NCBI GenBank assembly: GCA_900617105.1
Contig: UYFQ01000005.1
Coordinates: forward strand, 1-64,000
Length of the DNA stretch: 64,000 bases
Source: Hydrurus foetidus
Taxonomy: Eukaryota
Direction of reading: 5' to 3'
This document shows positions 30,458 to 40,764 of this stretch, one piece after another; positions within the stretch are counted from its first letter, which is position 1, and every line of letters starts with the position of its first letter. A program made the position numbers and the translations under genes. Under the pieces are notes generated by a model, which was not told the origin of the DNA, searched no databases, and saw only the letters and a program-made list of their open reading frames with translations.

Positions 30458-32118
30458 CAAAAATTCCGCGATACGGTAAGGCCCACGAAGTCGCGATCTC
30501 GCAGGGGTTGGTCAAACGTTGAGGCACCACCCCAAAATTTGGCGTAATTCACTGCAGCCTGCCACGTAGCTGGGTTTTTAATGAAACTGACAGTCAAGTT
30601 CGCCGACTTGGCCCCTTTCATGAACAGGCCTTGCGCATTGGGGGCTCGTCCATTCATCGCCTGAAAGTAATAGATTTCTGGCACAACCTGCCAGCCTTTA
30701 ATCAGCGTGCCGTCATAAACCCAACTGAAGTCAAAGTTATAAGCCCAGGCCGTCTTGCTGCCCATCGACTTAGGCGCACCATTCGGATCGGTCTCTTGAC
30801 CCCACCCCCAGGCACCGGCACTGACGGGATCACCGCCATAGCTCGATTGCAGTCCTGGGTAGCGAATCACGGCGGTTTCAGCCAATAAAGTAGCCGTATT
30901 GGCACCCAACAATTTGAGTACATCCCCCCCCACCGAAGGCGTCAAACTCAACAAAGCCGTTGTATGCCATTGCAGACGCTTCTCATCCACATAGCAGTTT
31001 CCGTTTTGCGCCGCACAACCACTCGCAGCAGGGTTGAGCGCAACCGCATCACGCGGGCGATACGACAATTCCGAGCCTATGGCCCAGTCACCCAACGGGA
31101 AATTTGCACTGACACCATATAACCGACGGTTCTCGGCATAGACCCAACCAGCCCCCCCCGAACCTGCCGCATTGGTACTGAACTGAGGCGCTTTGTCGTG
31201 GTAGTTCATGACGTACAACCCGAGATTCAACGGCGTGTTCTCGGGTTGATAACGCAAAGATGCCCCCCACTGCCCCCCCTTCTTGGGTTTGTTATCCGTC
31301 AACCCGTAAGCCGCGTGTCCGACGCCCAAACCATTCGCGACGGACCAGTAGCTGCCCGTGGGTGGAAAGTAATTCGCATTCCACGCCGCTTGCACATAGA
31401 CCTCGGCATTCAAGCCATGACCCAAGCCAGAGGCAACACTGACAATGGGTGCGGGCAACAGCACTTCCTTGAGCTGCACGCCCGGTTGCGATAAGCGCAT
31501 AACGTCAATCGCGTTGGTGCTGTTAATTCCTCCTGGCAAGAACAAGCTCTCACCCCAACTGATGACTTGATTACCTGCACGCACACGCACACGTTGCTCG
31601 CCTACAGCAAAGCTTTTGCTGACCCAAAGATCAAGCACGCGGGCTTTAAAGTTCAAGTCCTTGCGTGCATCATGGCTCAAACCGTCACTCAGATCGGGTG
31701 GCGTTGTTGCACTCACATAACCTGTCGTGTGCGTTGCCGAAAAATCTTTGACCCAATTGACCCGTCCCATGACGCTGATGTCACTGGGCATTTTCAGCAG
31801 CAATTCATGTGAACCTTTCAGGTAAGTGGTAAAGCGATCCCCCTTGGCGTAATTCAAGTTACCTTGATCGCCTAGCGCAGAGGTCGGGGACAAGCAGCCG
31901 CCAGGCGCACCACGGCCACCATGGCTGCTGGTTGCGCCTTGAAGTATCAACCCGCAGTCGGGTGCCTTCATGCGGATCCCCGTCCCAACGGAAACGGTGG
32001 AATCAAAACTGCCCGTGATGTTTCCATCGGCGGACTCGAAAGTCAAAGCCTGTGCATGCGCAACGGTCAAGGCCAAGATGACCGAAGGCACAGGTCGAAA
32101 TGTGAATGCTTTTCTCAT
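30457..32118 (-). CDS. DUF1302 outer-membrane protein
   Basis: Signal peptide; GNQVISWGESLF; C-terminal DRDFVGLTVSRNF. Confidence 0.88.
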   Translation of the reverse strand: MRKAFTFRPVPSVILALTVAHAQALTFESADGNITGSFDSTVSVGTGIRMKAPDCGLILQGATSSHGGRGAPGGCLSPTSALGDQGNLNYAKGDRFTTYLKGSHELLLKMPSDISVMGRVNWVKDFSATHTTGYVSATTPPDLSDGLSHDARKDLNFKARVLDLWVSKSFAVGEQRVRVRAGNQVISWGESLFLPGGINSTNAIDVMRLSQPGVQLKEVLLPAPIVSVASGLGHGLNAEVYVQAAWNANYFPPTGSYWSVANGLGVGHAAYGLTDNKPKKGGQWGASLRYQPENTPLNLGLYVMNYHDKAPQFSTNAAGSGGAGWVYAENRRLYGVSANFPLGDWAIGSELSYRPRDAVALNPAASGCAAQNGNCYVDEKRLQWHTTALLSLTPSVGGDVLKLLGANTATLLAETAVIRYPGLQSSYGGDPVSAGAWGWGQETDPNGAPKSMGSKTAWAYNFDFSWVYDGTLIKGWQVVPEIYYFQAMNGRAPNAQGLFMKGAKSANLTVSFIKNPATWQAAVNYAKFWGGASTFDQPLRDRDFVGLTVSRNF

Positions 32119-32133
32119 GCTGACTCCTTGGGT

Positions 32134-33525
32134 TTAACGTTCACTGATCGCGCGCAAATTTTCTGACGTGTAGAACCCTGAGTTCAAGCGCGAATGACCT
32201 GTCGTCTCGGTCAACCAATGGACATCTTTTCCCGCTCCTGTTGCGTGAAGGTCATACACATAACGCCCCTCCGGTAAGTTGTACTGCGCAAACGCAGAGA
32301 CATCACATGCCCCCAACTCATAGACTGGGATGCTGTAGCCTTCGCGAACCTTCCACAACTTGCCTTGAGCGTCATAATCGTCAGCCACCAAGGGGTTCCA
32401 GCTGTCCTCATCCAAGAAAAAAGTACGCTTGGGCGCGAGGTGCCGCATACCGGCCTTGACCGTCGCCTCAAGCTCCCAAACACGGTGCGTTTCATACCTG
32501 CGGTGACTGGCAGCAATGAAGTTCTTGCCTGCAACATCCTCAAACTTCGAAGTGAAGTCATATGCACCAAATGAGTTGTAAGGAACGATCATTTCCTTTT
32601 TCCCCACCAATTTCCAATCAAAGCGATCAGGCGTGCCATTGAACACATAAGGCTCATCATTGGTGTACTGGTTTTCAAAACCAATTTGCGGTGCATCGTA
32701 GGCATAGGTGGGCATGCGACGCACTCTGCGCTGGCCTGGGAAGTAGTAAAACACGTCAGAAAGACGGTCGGTAAAGGTGGTGATGGCCAAGGCTTGCCCC
32801 GCTAACGCGGTAGGTGCGGTATAGCCAAAATACACGTAGTACTCCACCTGCGGTATTTTGCTCAGCATCGTCGTGCCTTTGGCACCCCAAGGGTAGTAAT
32901 TGGTTTGGTTGGAGTACGCCTTAATCCACTCATCGCTGCCCGTGCGTGGTGAGACTGCCGTGATGACATTAGGCCAGTCGATGCCCACACCGTGATAGCG
33001 CATTTTCATGTTCCATACAGCCTGAATACCCGTTTGCGGCACAGGAAAAGGAAAGCCCGGCAGGGCAGCCTCTTGCAATGCCCATCCATCGTCCTTCATC
33101 TTGGCCAGTCCGATATTTTTCTGCGTGTTCTCCGCCACAAAATCCGGCACACCACAGGTGCGGTGTGTGGGGTACACCGGCATGGTGTAGCCTTTGGTTT
33201 GCTTGACCAACGCCACTTGCCCAGGCGAAAGCTTGTCAGCGTATTTATCTACATTGCTGGCATCAATGATAAATAACGGCTTTTCGTCTTTGTGCTTCCA
33301 ATGGTCTAAGCGTTTTTTCCCATACGCCCAACCCGCTGTAGGTGCCTCAGCCCCCACATAGGCGGGAATGCTGCCATCCTTATTGGCAGCAGCCTCACCA
33401 CCGGACGGTGTCAGCTCTTTACCCAAACGACCTGCATCACGAGTCTGGGCGTGCAAGGAGCCGGCACCCAGCAATATCAACATAGCAGCAGCCACAGGCC
33501 GCACAGACAAGTTCAGTTTAAACAT
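32134..33525 (-). CDS. DUF1329 periplasmic protein
   Basis: LTPSGGE, VYPTHR, PGQRRVRR, LDEDSW; start chosen at MFKLNL signal peptide. Confidence 0.9.
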   Translation of the reverse strand: MFKLNLSVRPVAAAMLILLGAGSLHAQTRDAGRLGKELTPSGGEAAANKDGSIPAYVGAEAPTAGWAYGKKRLDHWKHKDEKPLFIIDASNVDKYADKLSPGQVALVKQTKGYTMPVYPTHRTCGVPDFVAENTQKNIGLAKMKDDGWALQEAALPGFPFPVPQTGIQAVWNMKMRYHGVGIDWPNVITAVSPRTGSDEWIKAYSNQTNYYPWGAKGTTMLSKIPQVEYYVYFGYTAPTALAGQALAITTFTDRLSDVFYYFPGQRRVRRMPTYAYDAPQIGFENQYTNDEPYVFNGTPDRFDWKLVGKKEMIVPYNSFGAYDFTSKFEDVAGKNFIAASHRRYETHRVWELEATVKAGMRHLAPKRTFFLDEDSWNPLVADDYDAQGKLWKVREGYSIPVYELGACDVSAFAQYNLPEGRYVYDLHATGAGKDVHWLTETTGHSRLNSGFYTSENLRAISER

Positions 33526-33624
33526 AGCGTCTTTCATGGAAGAAATATGACCTGCCTCGCCTCTATCAGCCATTGCTTGGCTGATAGACATTCACAGCGG
33601 AGGTGTAATCGCGGATGAATTTTG

Positions 33625-33641
33625 TTTCATTGTCAACAAAA
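33625..33641 (-). promoter_or_regulatory. Palindromic operator (site 2)
   Basis: TTTCATTGTCAACAAAA; TTGACA on minus strand but no clear -10 at 17 nt. Confidence 0.6.
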
Positions 33642-34793
33642 TTAAAATGGTAGTTTCCCTGAGTCCAACATAACTTCAAGGCCAGCCTGGTGCAAGGCTG
33701 TACGCAAATCCGACAAGCGAAGCCCGTGCGCCACACGACCATGCTGCCCTTGCACATCGTGAGCTGCGAGCAACGCATTCAAAACAGCCTCTTCCACACA
33801 ATCGGCAGCAGCAGCAAACAAGGCAGAGATATGGTCGTTATTCACCATCTGAACGTTGCTCACAGCAGCAGCTTTTCGCCCATAGTCAGCAACTGCTAAA
33901 TTCTCATTGCCTGTCGAAAATGCTACAAAAATATCGCCGCTGGAATCCTCTGTGCCACCGCCAGTTCGGGCAATACCAATACCCGCACGCTGTGCCAAAC
34001 GGGTGCATTGATGGGGCAACAACGGCGCATCTGTTGCCAGCACCACAACAATTGAGCCCATGCCAGGCTGGGGCAGCGCCTCGGTATTAAATGGCGAAGC
34101 AATCAACTGATGCGGCAAGTGCCTGCCTACGGGGTAGCCGCCAACGCGCAACTCGCTACGCCGACCATGATTGGCTTGCAACAACGCACCCACTGTCCAC
34201 CCGCCCAGCTCAACAGGCAAGACCCTTGAAGCGCTGCCAATACCACCTTTGAACTCGTGGCAAACCATGCCATGTCCGCCACCCACAGCCCCCTGTGCGA
34301 CAACCCCACTTCGAGCATCCGCCAGAGCGTGCGCTACGTGTTCAGCGGTGAGGTGCTGTCCATCAATATCATTAAGCAAGCCGTCAAAAGTTTCCAACAC
34401 CACGGGCATCGTCCAATACACAGCATCTTTGACAGGCAAATGCTTGCGCTCACGGGCAATCAAGGTATCGCGCACCAAGCCTACGCTGTGCGTATTGGTC
34501 GTTGCAATGGCCGTCGTGAGCAAGCCTGCTTCGCGCAACCACTCCAAACCGGTAGCATCCCCGTTGCCATTGAGCACATGCACGCCCGCAAAACACGGTT
34601 GAAGTCTTGCCCATCCCGGGCGTGGCTCGATCACCGTGACCCCCGTGCGCACAAAGCTTGTAGGCAAATCCTGATGCACTGTGGTGTGGCCGACGCGCAC
34701 ACCTGCAACATCGGTAATGGCGTTGTAAACCCCACGCTTAAAAGTACCTATCGGTATACCCAAGGCATGGAAAAGCTGCTGATGGAGTGGCAT
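33642..34793 (-). CDS. DmpA/BapA-type (P1/S58) aminopeptidase
   Basis: NAITDVAGVRVGH, FKGGIGSASR, autoproteolysis site G/SIVVVLATDAPL, SGDIFVAFST. Confidence 0.92.
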   Translation of the reverse strand: MPLHQQLFHALGIPIGTFKRGVYNAITDVAGVRVGHTTVHQDLPTSFVRTGVTVIEPRPGWARLQPCFAGVHVLNGNGDATGLEWLREAGLLTTAIATTNTHSVGLVRDTLIARERKHLPVKDAVYWTMPVVLETFDGLLNDIDGQHLTAEHVAHALADARSGVVAQGAVGGGHGMVCHEFKGGIGSASRVLPVELGGWTVGALLQANHGRRSELRVGGYPVGRHLPHQLIASPFNTEALPQPGMGSIVVVLATDAPLLPHQCTRLAQRAGIGIARTGGGTEDSSGDIFVAFSTGNENLAVADYGRKAAAVSNVQMVNNDHISALFAAAADCVEEAVLNALLAAHDVQGQHGRVAHGLRLSDLRTALHQAGLEVMLDSGKLPF

Positions 34794-34807
34794 CCCAAAT
34801 CCCTCAC

Positions 34808-36277
34808 TCAATGGCTGTTGCCAAGCACATAGTCCGCATCTCGCGCCAGCAACTCTTCTACCGGAACAGGCGTGAACAATGGTTTCTTCTGTATCAACTT
34901 GACCCACACCAGGGCATAGACCGCCGTCAAGCCGAACATGATTGCAAAAGGCGTGTAAATAGCGGCTTGTGGAATCGTAGGCGGGGCAATAAACCACACC
35001 GCCACCAACAATCCAAGGCTTGACACTATCTGAGGTAAAGGAAAAAAGGGTGCGCGGTAGGCACGCGATAAATCAGGACGACGCACTCTGAGCAGTGCCA
35101 CCGAGATGTTGATCAAAATGTAGGCCACCGCCCAGCAACACACCGCAGCCAAGACCAATGGCAAAATTAAATCAATGTTGCCATTGATGTAAATCGCATA
35201 GAGCACGGGTGGGATCAATGTGAACAAAATACCCACCCAAGGACTTTTGTACTTGGGATGCTCGATGGCAAATACCTTTGGCAAAGCACCATCACGCGCC
35301 ATGCCCGCCAGCATGCGTGGAATCGCAGCCATGATGGTGTTGATGGTGGCCGAACCGCCCAGCAAAAAGGCCAAACCCAACCAGAAGCGACCAAATTTCC
35401 CCATCACCGCCTCGGCATAAAGAGGAATCGCCATCGGTGTTTCCAACAGATGAATTTTGCCCTCTGGGTCAACGGGAATATTTTCAATTTGACGGGCCAT
35501 GCCCAAGCCCCACAACGTCATGGCCAGTCCAACGAGGCAAAGACCGAGCACCATCGCTCTGGGCAAAGTTTTATGCGCTTGACGCAAATCGGGTGTCAAC
35601 GGGGTCACGTATTCAAAACCAACGAACATGAAAATGGCCAAGCCCAAGAGAATCAACACCGCCGTTCCATCGCTACCGATCTGCGATGCCCCCAGCACAC
35701 CGACCAGTGGAACCTTGGCCGCGCTCACGACACCAGCCACACCAAAGACCATCAGCGTGATCCAGATGAATGCGGTCAAGAACAGCTCCACTTTGGCAAA
35801 GGCATGGATACCAAAAAAATTCAGCAGCGCAAAGAAACTCATCAAACTCACACCCACCAACCAAGTGAGGTTGTGCTGCTCCAAAGTACCGTGAAGCGCC
35901 TCAAAATTAATGGTGGCCATGACACCGCTCAAAATAGTTTCCGAAGTACCTGCGAACACATTCACCAAAAGGTAAGCCGTGATGGTGCCCGTGATAGCCC
36001 AGAACCGCCCTAACCCTGCTGCAATGTAGTCGTAAACAGAGCCAGAAGTAGGGATCATCGCTGCCGCCTCGGCAAACGTCATGGCCTGCATTGCCATGAG
36101 AAACAAGGCCCCCAGCAACGTGAGCAAAAACACGCCACCACCCATCGAAAAACCAGCAGTAGCCGTCAAAATAACTGCGCTCGCCATAATGAGTCCAACC
36201 GATGCGGCCAATGCCGTGGGGAACCCAATAACGCCTTGGTGCAAGCGATCTTGCACATATTTCTTCATATCCATCAC
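34808..36277 (-). CDS. APC-family amine/amino-acid permease (recalled similarity to Pseudomonas HinA/PA0220)
   Basis: Multiple TM segments; GFPTALA, GSVYDY, RMLAGMARDGALP. Confidence 0.9.
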   Translation of the reverse strand: MMDMKKYVQDRLHQGVIGFPTALAASVGLIMASAVILTATAGFSMGGGVFLLTLLGALFLMAMQAMTFAEAAAMIPTSGSVYDYIAAGLGRFWAITGTITAYLLVNVFAGTSETILSGVMATINFEALHGTLEQHNLTWLVGVSLMSFFALLNFFGIHAFAKVELFLTAFIWITLMVFGVAGVVSAAKVPLVGVLGASQIGSDGTAVLILLGLAIFMFVGFEYVTPLTPDLRQAHKTLPRAMVLGLCLVGLAMTLWGLGMARQIENIPVDPEGKIHLLETPMAIPLYAEAVMGKFGRFWLGLAFLLGGSATINTIMAAIPRMLAGMARDGALPKVFAIEHPKYKSPWVGILFTLIPPVLYAIYINGNIDLILPLVLAAVCCWAVAYILINISVALLRVRRPDLSRAYRAPFFPLPQIVSSLGLLVAVWFIAPPTIPQAAIYTPFAIMFGLTAVYALVWVKLIQKKPLFTPVPVEELLARDADYVLGNSH

Positions 36278-36430
36278 GGTGATTCCTTAAGAAATTAAAC
36301 GCCCGTAGCGCAGCCTGAAGACCGACCGACGCAAACAGCAGCGTCCAAAGCATTTCCACAGTTCCGTCGCGAGCATCGGGGATGCCCATGAAAACTGCGG
36401 TGTTCAGGATCACTTCAGCAGGCAAACTTA

Positions 36431-36464
36431 AGTTTAGATGGATTCAATTTCGTTGTCAATGAAA
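36431..36464 (-). promoter_or_regulatory. Promoter with palindromic operator (site 3)
   Basis: TTGACA (36459-36454), 17 nt, TAAACT (36436-36431); operator TTTCGTTGTCAATGAAA 36448-36464. Confidence 0.8.
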
Positions 36465-36494
36465 CTTAATTTACAAAAAACCCCACATGGGTTT

Positions 36495-37067
36495 TTACAG
36501 CTCCAAGCTGCGGGTCATTAATTTGTTCAAGATTCGATCCAGTTGCAGCTTCTCATCGGCATCCAAGGCATCCAAAAACCAGGCTTCGGTGCTGGCGGCG
36601 TGGGGCACGATGTCGCCGCACATTTTGGTGCCCGCTTTGGTGAGGGTCAGAATCACGCGGCGCCCGTCATCAGGGTCTGTGACCGAGCTGACCATGCCCA
36701 AATCCACCAAACGGCGCTGTGCCCGTGAGACGCGGGCTTTGTCCATACTGGTGCGCTCGACAACCTCGTTGAACACCAGAGTGCGGTAGGCGTAAAGCAC
36801 CATCAAAATGCGCCATTCAGGGATTTGGATGTTGAACTGCGTCTCAAACAATTTGCCCACAGACTGCGAAACGCGGTTGGCGACGACAGACAATTTATAG
36901 GGGATGAAATCTTCCAGTCGCCCAATCGGGCCGAGTACAGATCGCTTAACGACACCCCGTTTTTTGACCCCCACGGGCACGGCATGGGCGTCGCGGCCCA
37001 CATTGGCATCAACGCCATCCAGGAGCACGGGTAAAACGGTTATTGGGGTTTCTTTTTTAAGTTTCAT
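36495..37067 (-). CDS. MarR-family regulator
   Basis: LEDFIPYKLS, PEWRIL, MDKARVSRA, DPDDGR. Confidence 0.93.
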   Translation of the reverse strand: MKLKKETPITVLPVLLDGVDANVGRDAHAVPVGVKKRGVVKRSVLGPIGRLEDFIPYKLSVVANRVSQSVGKLFETQFNIQIPEWRILMVLYAYRTLVFNEVVERTSMDKARVSRAQRRLVDLGMVSSVTDPDDGRRVILTLTKAGTKMCGDIVPHAASTEAWFLDALDADEKLQLDRILNKLMTRSLEL

Positions 37068-37076
37068 GGTGTGCCT

Positions 37077-38189
37077 TTACAACCTGTAGCTTACAGCCAA
37101 CTCGTCAAGCAACGTGCGCTGGAATGCCGCAAAACGGGCGTTGGGTTGCTGGCATTGAATCGACGCTAAGCCAGGGTCTTCAACGCCCATGTGGGCACCT
37201 GTCATGGCTTCTACGACGGCATGGCCGCAGAAGGGAACATAGGCTTCGGAATAGCCGCCCTCATGCACGAGCACCAGTTTGCCCCCACAGTACGCATCGG
37301 CCAGCTGCATGATGTGCTGGGTCATCGCCCGGAAAGACTCGCTGCTGAGCAGCATGCGGGCCAGCGGGTCGTAAGCATTGCCATCGTAGCCACAGGCCAC
37401 CACGATCAACTGGGGTTTGAAGCGCTCTACAGCAGGGGTCACGATGCGACTCATGGCGTACAGGTAGGCATCGTGCCCACTGCCCGGCAGCAGGGGAACA
37501 TTGATGTTGTAACCCAGGCCTGCACCACTGCCCCGGTCGTCGCTGCCGTTGTACCCAAAAGGAAAGCAGCCCTCTTGGTGCAAAGAGACCGTCATCACAT
37601 CGGGGCGGTCATAAAAAATGGACTGCTGGCCGTTGCCGTGGTGAACATCCCAATCCAGAATCAACACCCGCTCTAGCCCGTAGCGGTGGCGGGCGGCCTC
37701 AACCGCAATGGGGATGTTGGCCAACAAACAAAAGCCCATCGGCGCGTTGGCCTCGCAGTGGTGGCCCGGTGGGCGTGACAGCGCATAAGCGTTTCGGCAA
37801 ACCCCTGACATCACATCGTCCACGGCCTGTTTGGCCAAGCCCGCAGAGACCTTGGCGATCTCGTAGCCGCCAGGGCCAAACGGGGCTTGATCGCCCAAGT
37901 CACCACCGGCGATGTCAGACAAGGCTTTGAATTGAGTCACGTAGTCGGCAGGGTGAATGCGCAATAGATCCTCTTCTGTCGCCATCGGGGCGCTGCGCAA
38001 ATCAAAGTGCGCGGTCAAACCAGACACCTGCATCAACGACAGCATGCGCCGCTTGGTCTCAGGGGACTCAGCATGCCCTACTCCACTTGGGGGTTGCACC
38101 CATCCGCCCACAGGAAACACCAGCGAATGCAGGCCCGTGCTGTGCCACAGGCAGCGTTCATCATGGAAAAAAGCAGTGCGTGCAGTCAT
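37077..38189 (-). CDS. Class II histone-deacetylase-like amidohydrolase
   Basis: RPPGHH, DWDVHHGNG, EGGY. Confidence 0.93.
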   Translation of the reverse strand: MTARTAFFHDERCLWHSTGLHSLVFPVGGWVQPPSGVGHAESPETKRRMLSLMQVSGLTAHFDLRSAPMATEEDLLRIHPADYVTQFKALSDIAGGDLGDQAPFGPGGYEIAKVSAGLAKQAVDDVMSGVCRNAYALSRPPGHHCEANAPMGFCLLANIPIAVEAARHRYGLERVLILDWDVHHGNGQQSIFYDRPDVMTVSLHQEGCFPFGYNGSDDRGSGAGLGYNINVPLLPGSGHDAYLYAMSRIVTPAVERFKPQLIVVACGYDGNAYDPLARMLLSSESFRAMTQHIMQLADAYCGGKLVLVHEGGYSEAYVPFCGHAVVEAMTGAHMGVEDPGLASIQCQQPNARFAAFQRTLLDELAVSYRL

Positions 38190-39184
38190 TGAGAAACCTT
38201 AGAAGATGCCGGTGCATAGCGTCGAATAGAAAAACCAGAAAGACCCAGGCGCTGCTGCATCAACCCCCACAAGCCCTGGGGCGCAAACAGCATCACAACA
38301 ATGGACACCACGCCTAACACCACCAAGTACCAGCCACCGCTCAAATCCAGGGCATTGGTACAGAGTTCACGCAGTGCAAAAAACAAAACGGTGCCAATGA
38401 CTGGGCCCTCGATCGTGCCCATGCCACCAATCACCACAATGAACATCATGGCGACCGCCCAATTGGGGTCGAAACCTGACGTGGGGGTGAGAAACAGACC
38501 GCTGATGTAATGCACCGCCCCTGCCACCGCACAGCCTGCGCTGGACAGCACAAACGCGATGAAGCGGTTGCGCCCCACATTCACGCCCACACTGGTGGCG
38601 GCCAAATCGTTGTCACGCACGCTCATCAAGGCCAAACCCAGCGGCAAGCGCATTAAAAAATAGAGCCCCAGCACCGCCGCAGCAGCGATGCCCTCGGCGA
38701 CCCAAAAGGTAAGGGGGGCGAGCCAGTCTGGATCTACCAAACTGGCGGTTTTCAAGGTCAAGCCGTTGGTGCCGCCCAAGGCATCGGTTTTAGAGACGAT
38801 TTGCAAAGCGATCTCAGCCAACACCCACATACCGATAGAAAAGTAAGCATCGCGCAGCCGGAACATGAAAGGTGCCACCACCGCAGCCCCCAACGCCCCC
38901 GCCACAGCGCTCAACGGTAGCAACCAGAAGGGGTTGATTTGCAGCGTGTTAGACACCCAAAACAAGGTGTACGCACCCAAGGCCACGAAAATTTGCGACC
39001 CCAAGCTCAGCAGGCCTGCGTAGCCCGCCAGCAGGTTCCACATCTGCGCCATCGCGAGCAGCAGCAATGCCTCGGTCAGCAAGGGCAGGTAACCACTGTC
39101 CAGCACCCACGGCGCAGCGGCCAGAGCGGTCAAGACCAGACCCGTCACTGCAATGGTTTTGACTTTAAAAGGTGCGCGGTTCAT
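38186..39184 (-). CDS. HAAT-family ABC permease (LivM-like)
   Basis: WNLLAGYAG, IGGMGTIEGP. Confidence 0.92.
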   Translation of the reverse strand: MNRAPFKVKTIAVTGLVLTALAAAPWVLDSGYLPLLTEALLLLAMAQMWNLLAGYAGLLSLGSQIFVALGAYTLFWVSNTLQINPFWLLPLSAVAGALGAAVVAPFMFRLRDAYFSIGMWVLAEIALQIVSKTDALGGTNGLTLKTASLVDPDWLAPLTFWVAEGIAAAAVLGLYFLMRLPLGLALMSVRDNDLAATSVGVNVGRNRFIAFVLSSAGCAVAGAVHYISGLFLTPTSGFDPNWAVAMMFIVVIGGMGTIEGPVIGTVLFFALRELCTNALDLSGGWYLVVLGVVSIVVMLFAPQGLWGLMQQRLGLSGFSIRRYAPASSKVSQ

Positions 39185-40047
39185 GCCTTGCTCCCTGCAA
39201 TGCCAGAGGGCCGCACCAACAGCATCACCAAGAACAGCAGGTGCGCGTACAGCGGCCCGCCATTCGGATCAAGCTTGAGGCCCACCAACTGCGCCACGCC
39301 CAAAGCCATGCCGCCCACCAACGCGCCCCACATGGAACCCAAGCCACCGATGATGACCACCTCGTAAGCCAGCAGCAACCGATCAACACCTGAAAACGGG
39401 GTAAAGCTGGTGCGCAGCGCCAACAGCACACCAGCCACAGCGGCAAAGGCCAGCGACAACCCCATCACCACGCTGTAGACCTGTGCCGGGCGCACGCCCA
39501 TCAAGCGCACGATCTCGGGGTTGTCGGAGGCGGCACGCACGATGCGGCCAAACTGGGTTTTTTGCAGCACCCATTGCAAGCTCAAAAACATCACCACAGC
39601 GATGGCCAGCAGCAGCAGCGGGTACAAGCCCAAACGCAGCCCTGCGAATTCAAAACCCGCCTGGGTGATAGCGCCGCCTTGCAAGCTGCGCGAATCCGCA
39701 CCAAAGCCCTCGACCATCAAGTTGCGCAGCACGGCGGAAAGGCCAAAGGTGATCATCATCACCCGCATCATGTCGCCGCCCAACACCACACGGTTCAGCA
39801 CCAGTGTTTGCAAACCGTAGCCGACCCCAAACGCGATGACCACAACGATGGGCAATATCGCCAAAGGGTGCCAGCCCGTCATCCATTGCCCCAAATACAT
39901 CGCGGCATAAGCCGCCAGCACAATGAACTCCCCGTGGGCGATGTTGATGACACGCATCACACCAAACACCAAGGCCAGCCCCAAGCCGATCAGCCCATAA
40001 AGGCCACCCAGCATCAGGCCGTTGAGCAAAGTTTCTGTCCATTCCAT
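39181..40047 (-). CDS. HAAT-family ABC permease (LivH-like)
   Basis: FGVMRVINIAHG, IIGGLGS. Confidence 0.92.
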   Translation of the reverse strand: MEWTETLLNGLMLGGLYGLIGLGLALVFGVMRVINIAHGEFIVLAAYAAMYLGQWMTGWHPLAILPIVVVIAFGVGYGLQTLVLNRVVLGGDMMRVMMITFGLSAVLRNLMVEGFGADSRSLQGGAITQAGFEFAGLRLGLYPLLLLAIAVVMFLSLQWVLQKTQFGRIVRAASDNPEIVRLMGVRPAQVYSVVMGLSLAFAAVAGVLLALRTSFTPFSGVDRLLLAYEVVIIGGLGSMWGALVGGMALGVAQLVGLKLDPNGGPLYAHLLFLVMLLVRPSGIAGSKA

Positions 40048-40068
40048 ACAGCGTCTCCGGAAGACTGT

Positions 40069-40764
40069 CTAACCAAAGTACGCTTTGGCGATGCGGTCGT
40101 TGTCAAAATCGGCGCTGGCACCTTGCAGGGTGACGCGGCCTTTGAGCAGGCAGTACAGGCGGCTGCATTCCCGGCGAGCACGGCTCACGTCTTGCTCAAC
40201 CAGCACGATGGACAAGCCCTCTTTGCGGATTTCGGCAAAAGCGCGGTAAACCTGCTCGACCACCAGCGGCGCGAGGCCCAGCGAAATCTCGTCGCACAGC
40301 AGCAGCTTGGGGTTGGCCATCAGCGCACGCCCGATGGCCACCATCTGCTGCTGACCGCCTGAGAGGCGCATGGCGCTTTGGTGCCGCCGCTCCAGCAAAA
40401 CGGGGAACAGCTCATAAACGCGCTTCAAATACCAAGGCCCAGACCGCCCCGTGACCGCGCCCATTTGCAGGTTTTCTTCAACCGAGAGCGATGCGAACAT
40501 CATGCGGCCCTCGGGCACCAAGGCGATGCCGACTTTGGCGATCTGCTCGGCAGGTTTTTTGGTCAGCGATTGACCATCAAAATCAATAGCACCTTCCACT
40601 GATTGAATAAGCCCTGAGATGGTTTTCAGCAGTGTTGTTTTGCCCGCACCGTTGGCCCCAATCAAGGCAACAGCCTCGCCCTCTTCAACGTGCAAATCAA
40701 CGCCAAACAGCGCTTGCAAGTCCCCGTAACCCGCGTCCACCGCGCTGACGTTAAGCAGTGGCAT
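40069..40764 (-). CDS. ABC ATPase (LivF-like)
   Basis: [16 protein letters not shown]. Confidence 0.93.
   Translation of the reverse strand: MPLLNVSAVDAGYGDLQALFGVDLHVEEGEAVALIGANGAGKTTLLKTISGLIQSVEGAIDFDGQSLTKKPAEQIAKVGIALVPEGRMMFASLSVEENLQMGAVTGRSGPWYLKRVYELFPVLLERRHQSAMRLSGGQQQMVAIGRALMANPKLLLCDEISLGLAPLVVEQVYRAFAEIRKEGLSIVLVEQDVSRARRECSRLYCLLKGRVTLQGASADFDNDRIAKAYFG

Noticed and set aside
35907..36425. 172-aa ORF overlapping the APC permease
   Set aside because: Alternative frame of a real gene with no recognisable motif
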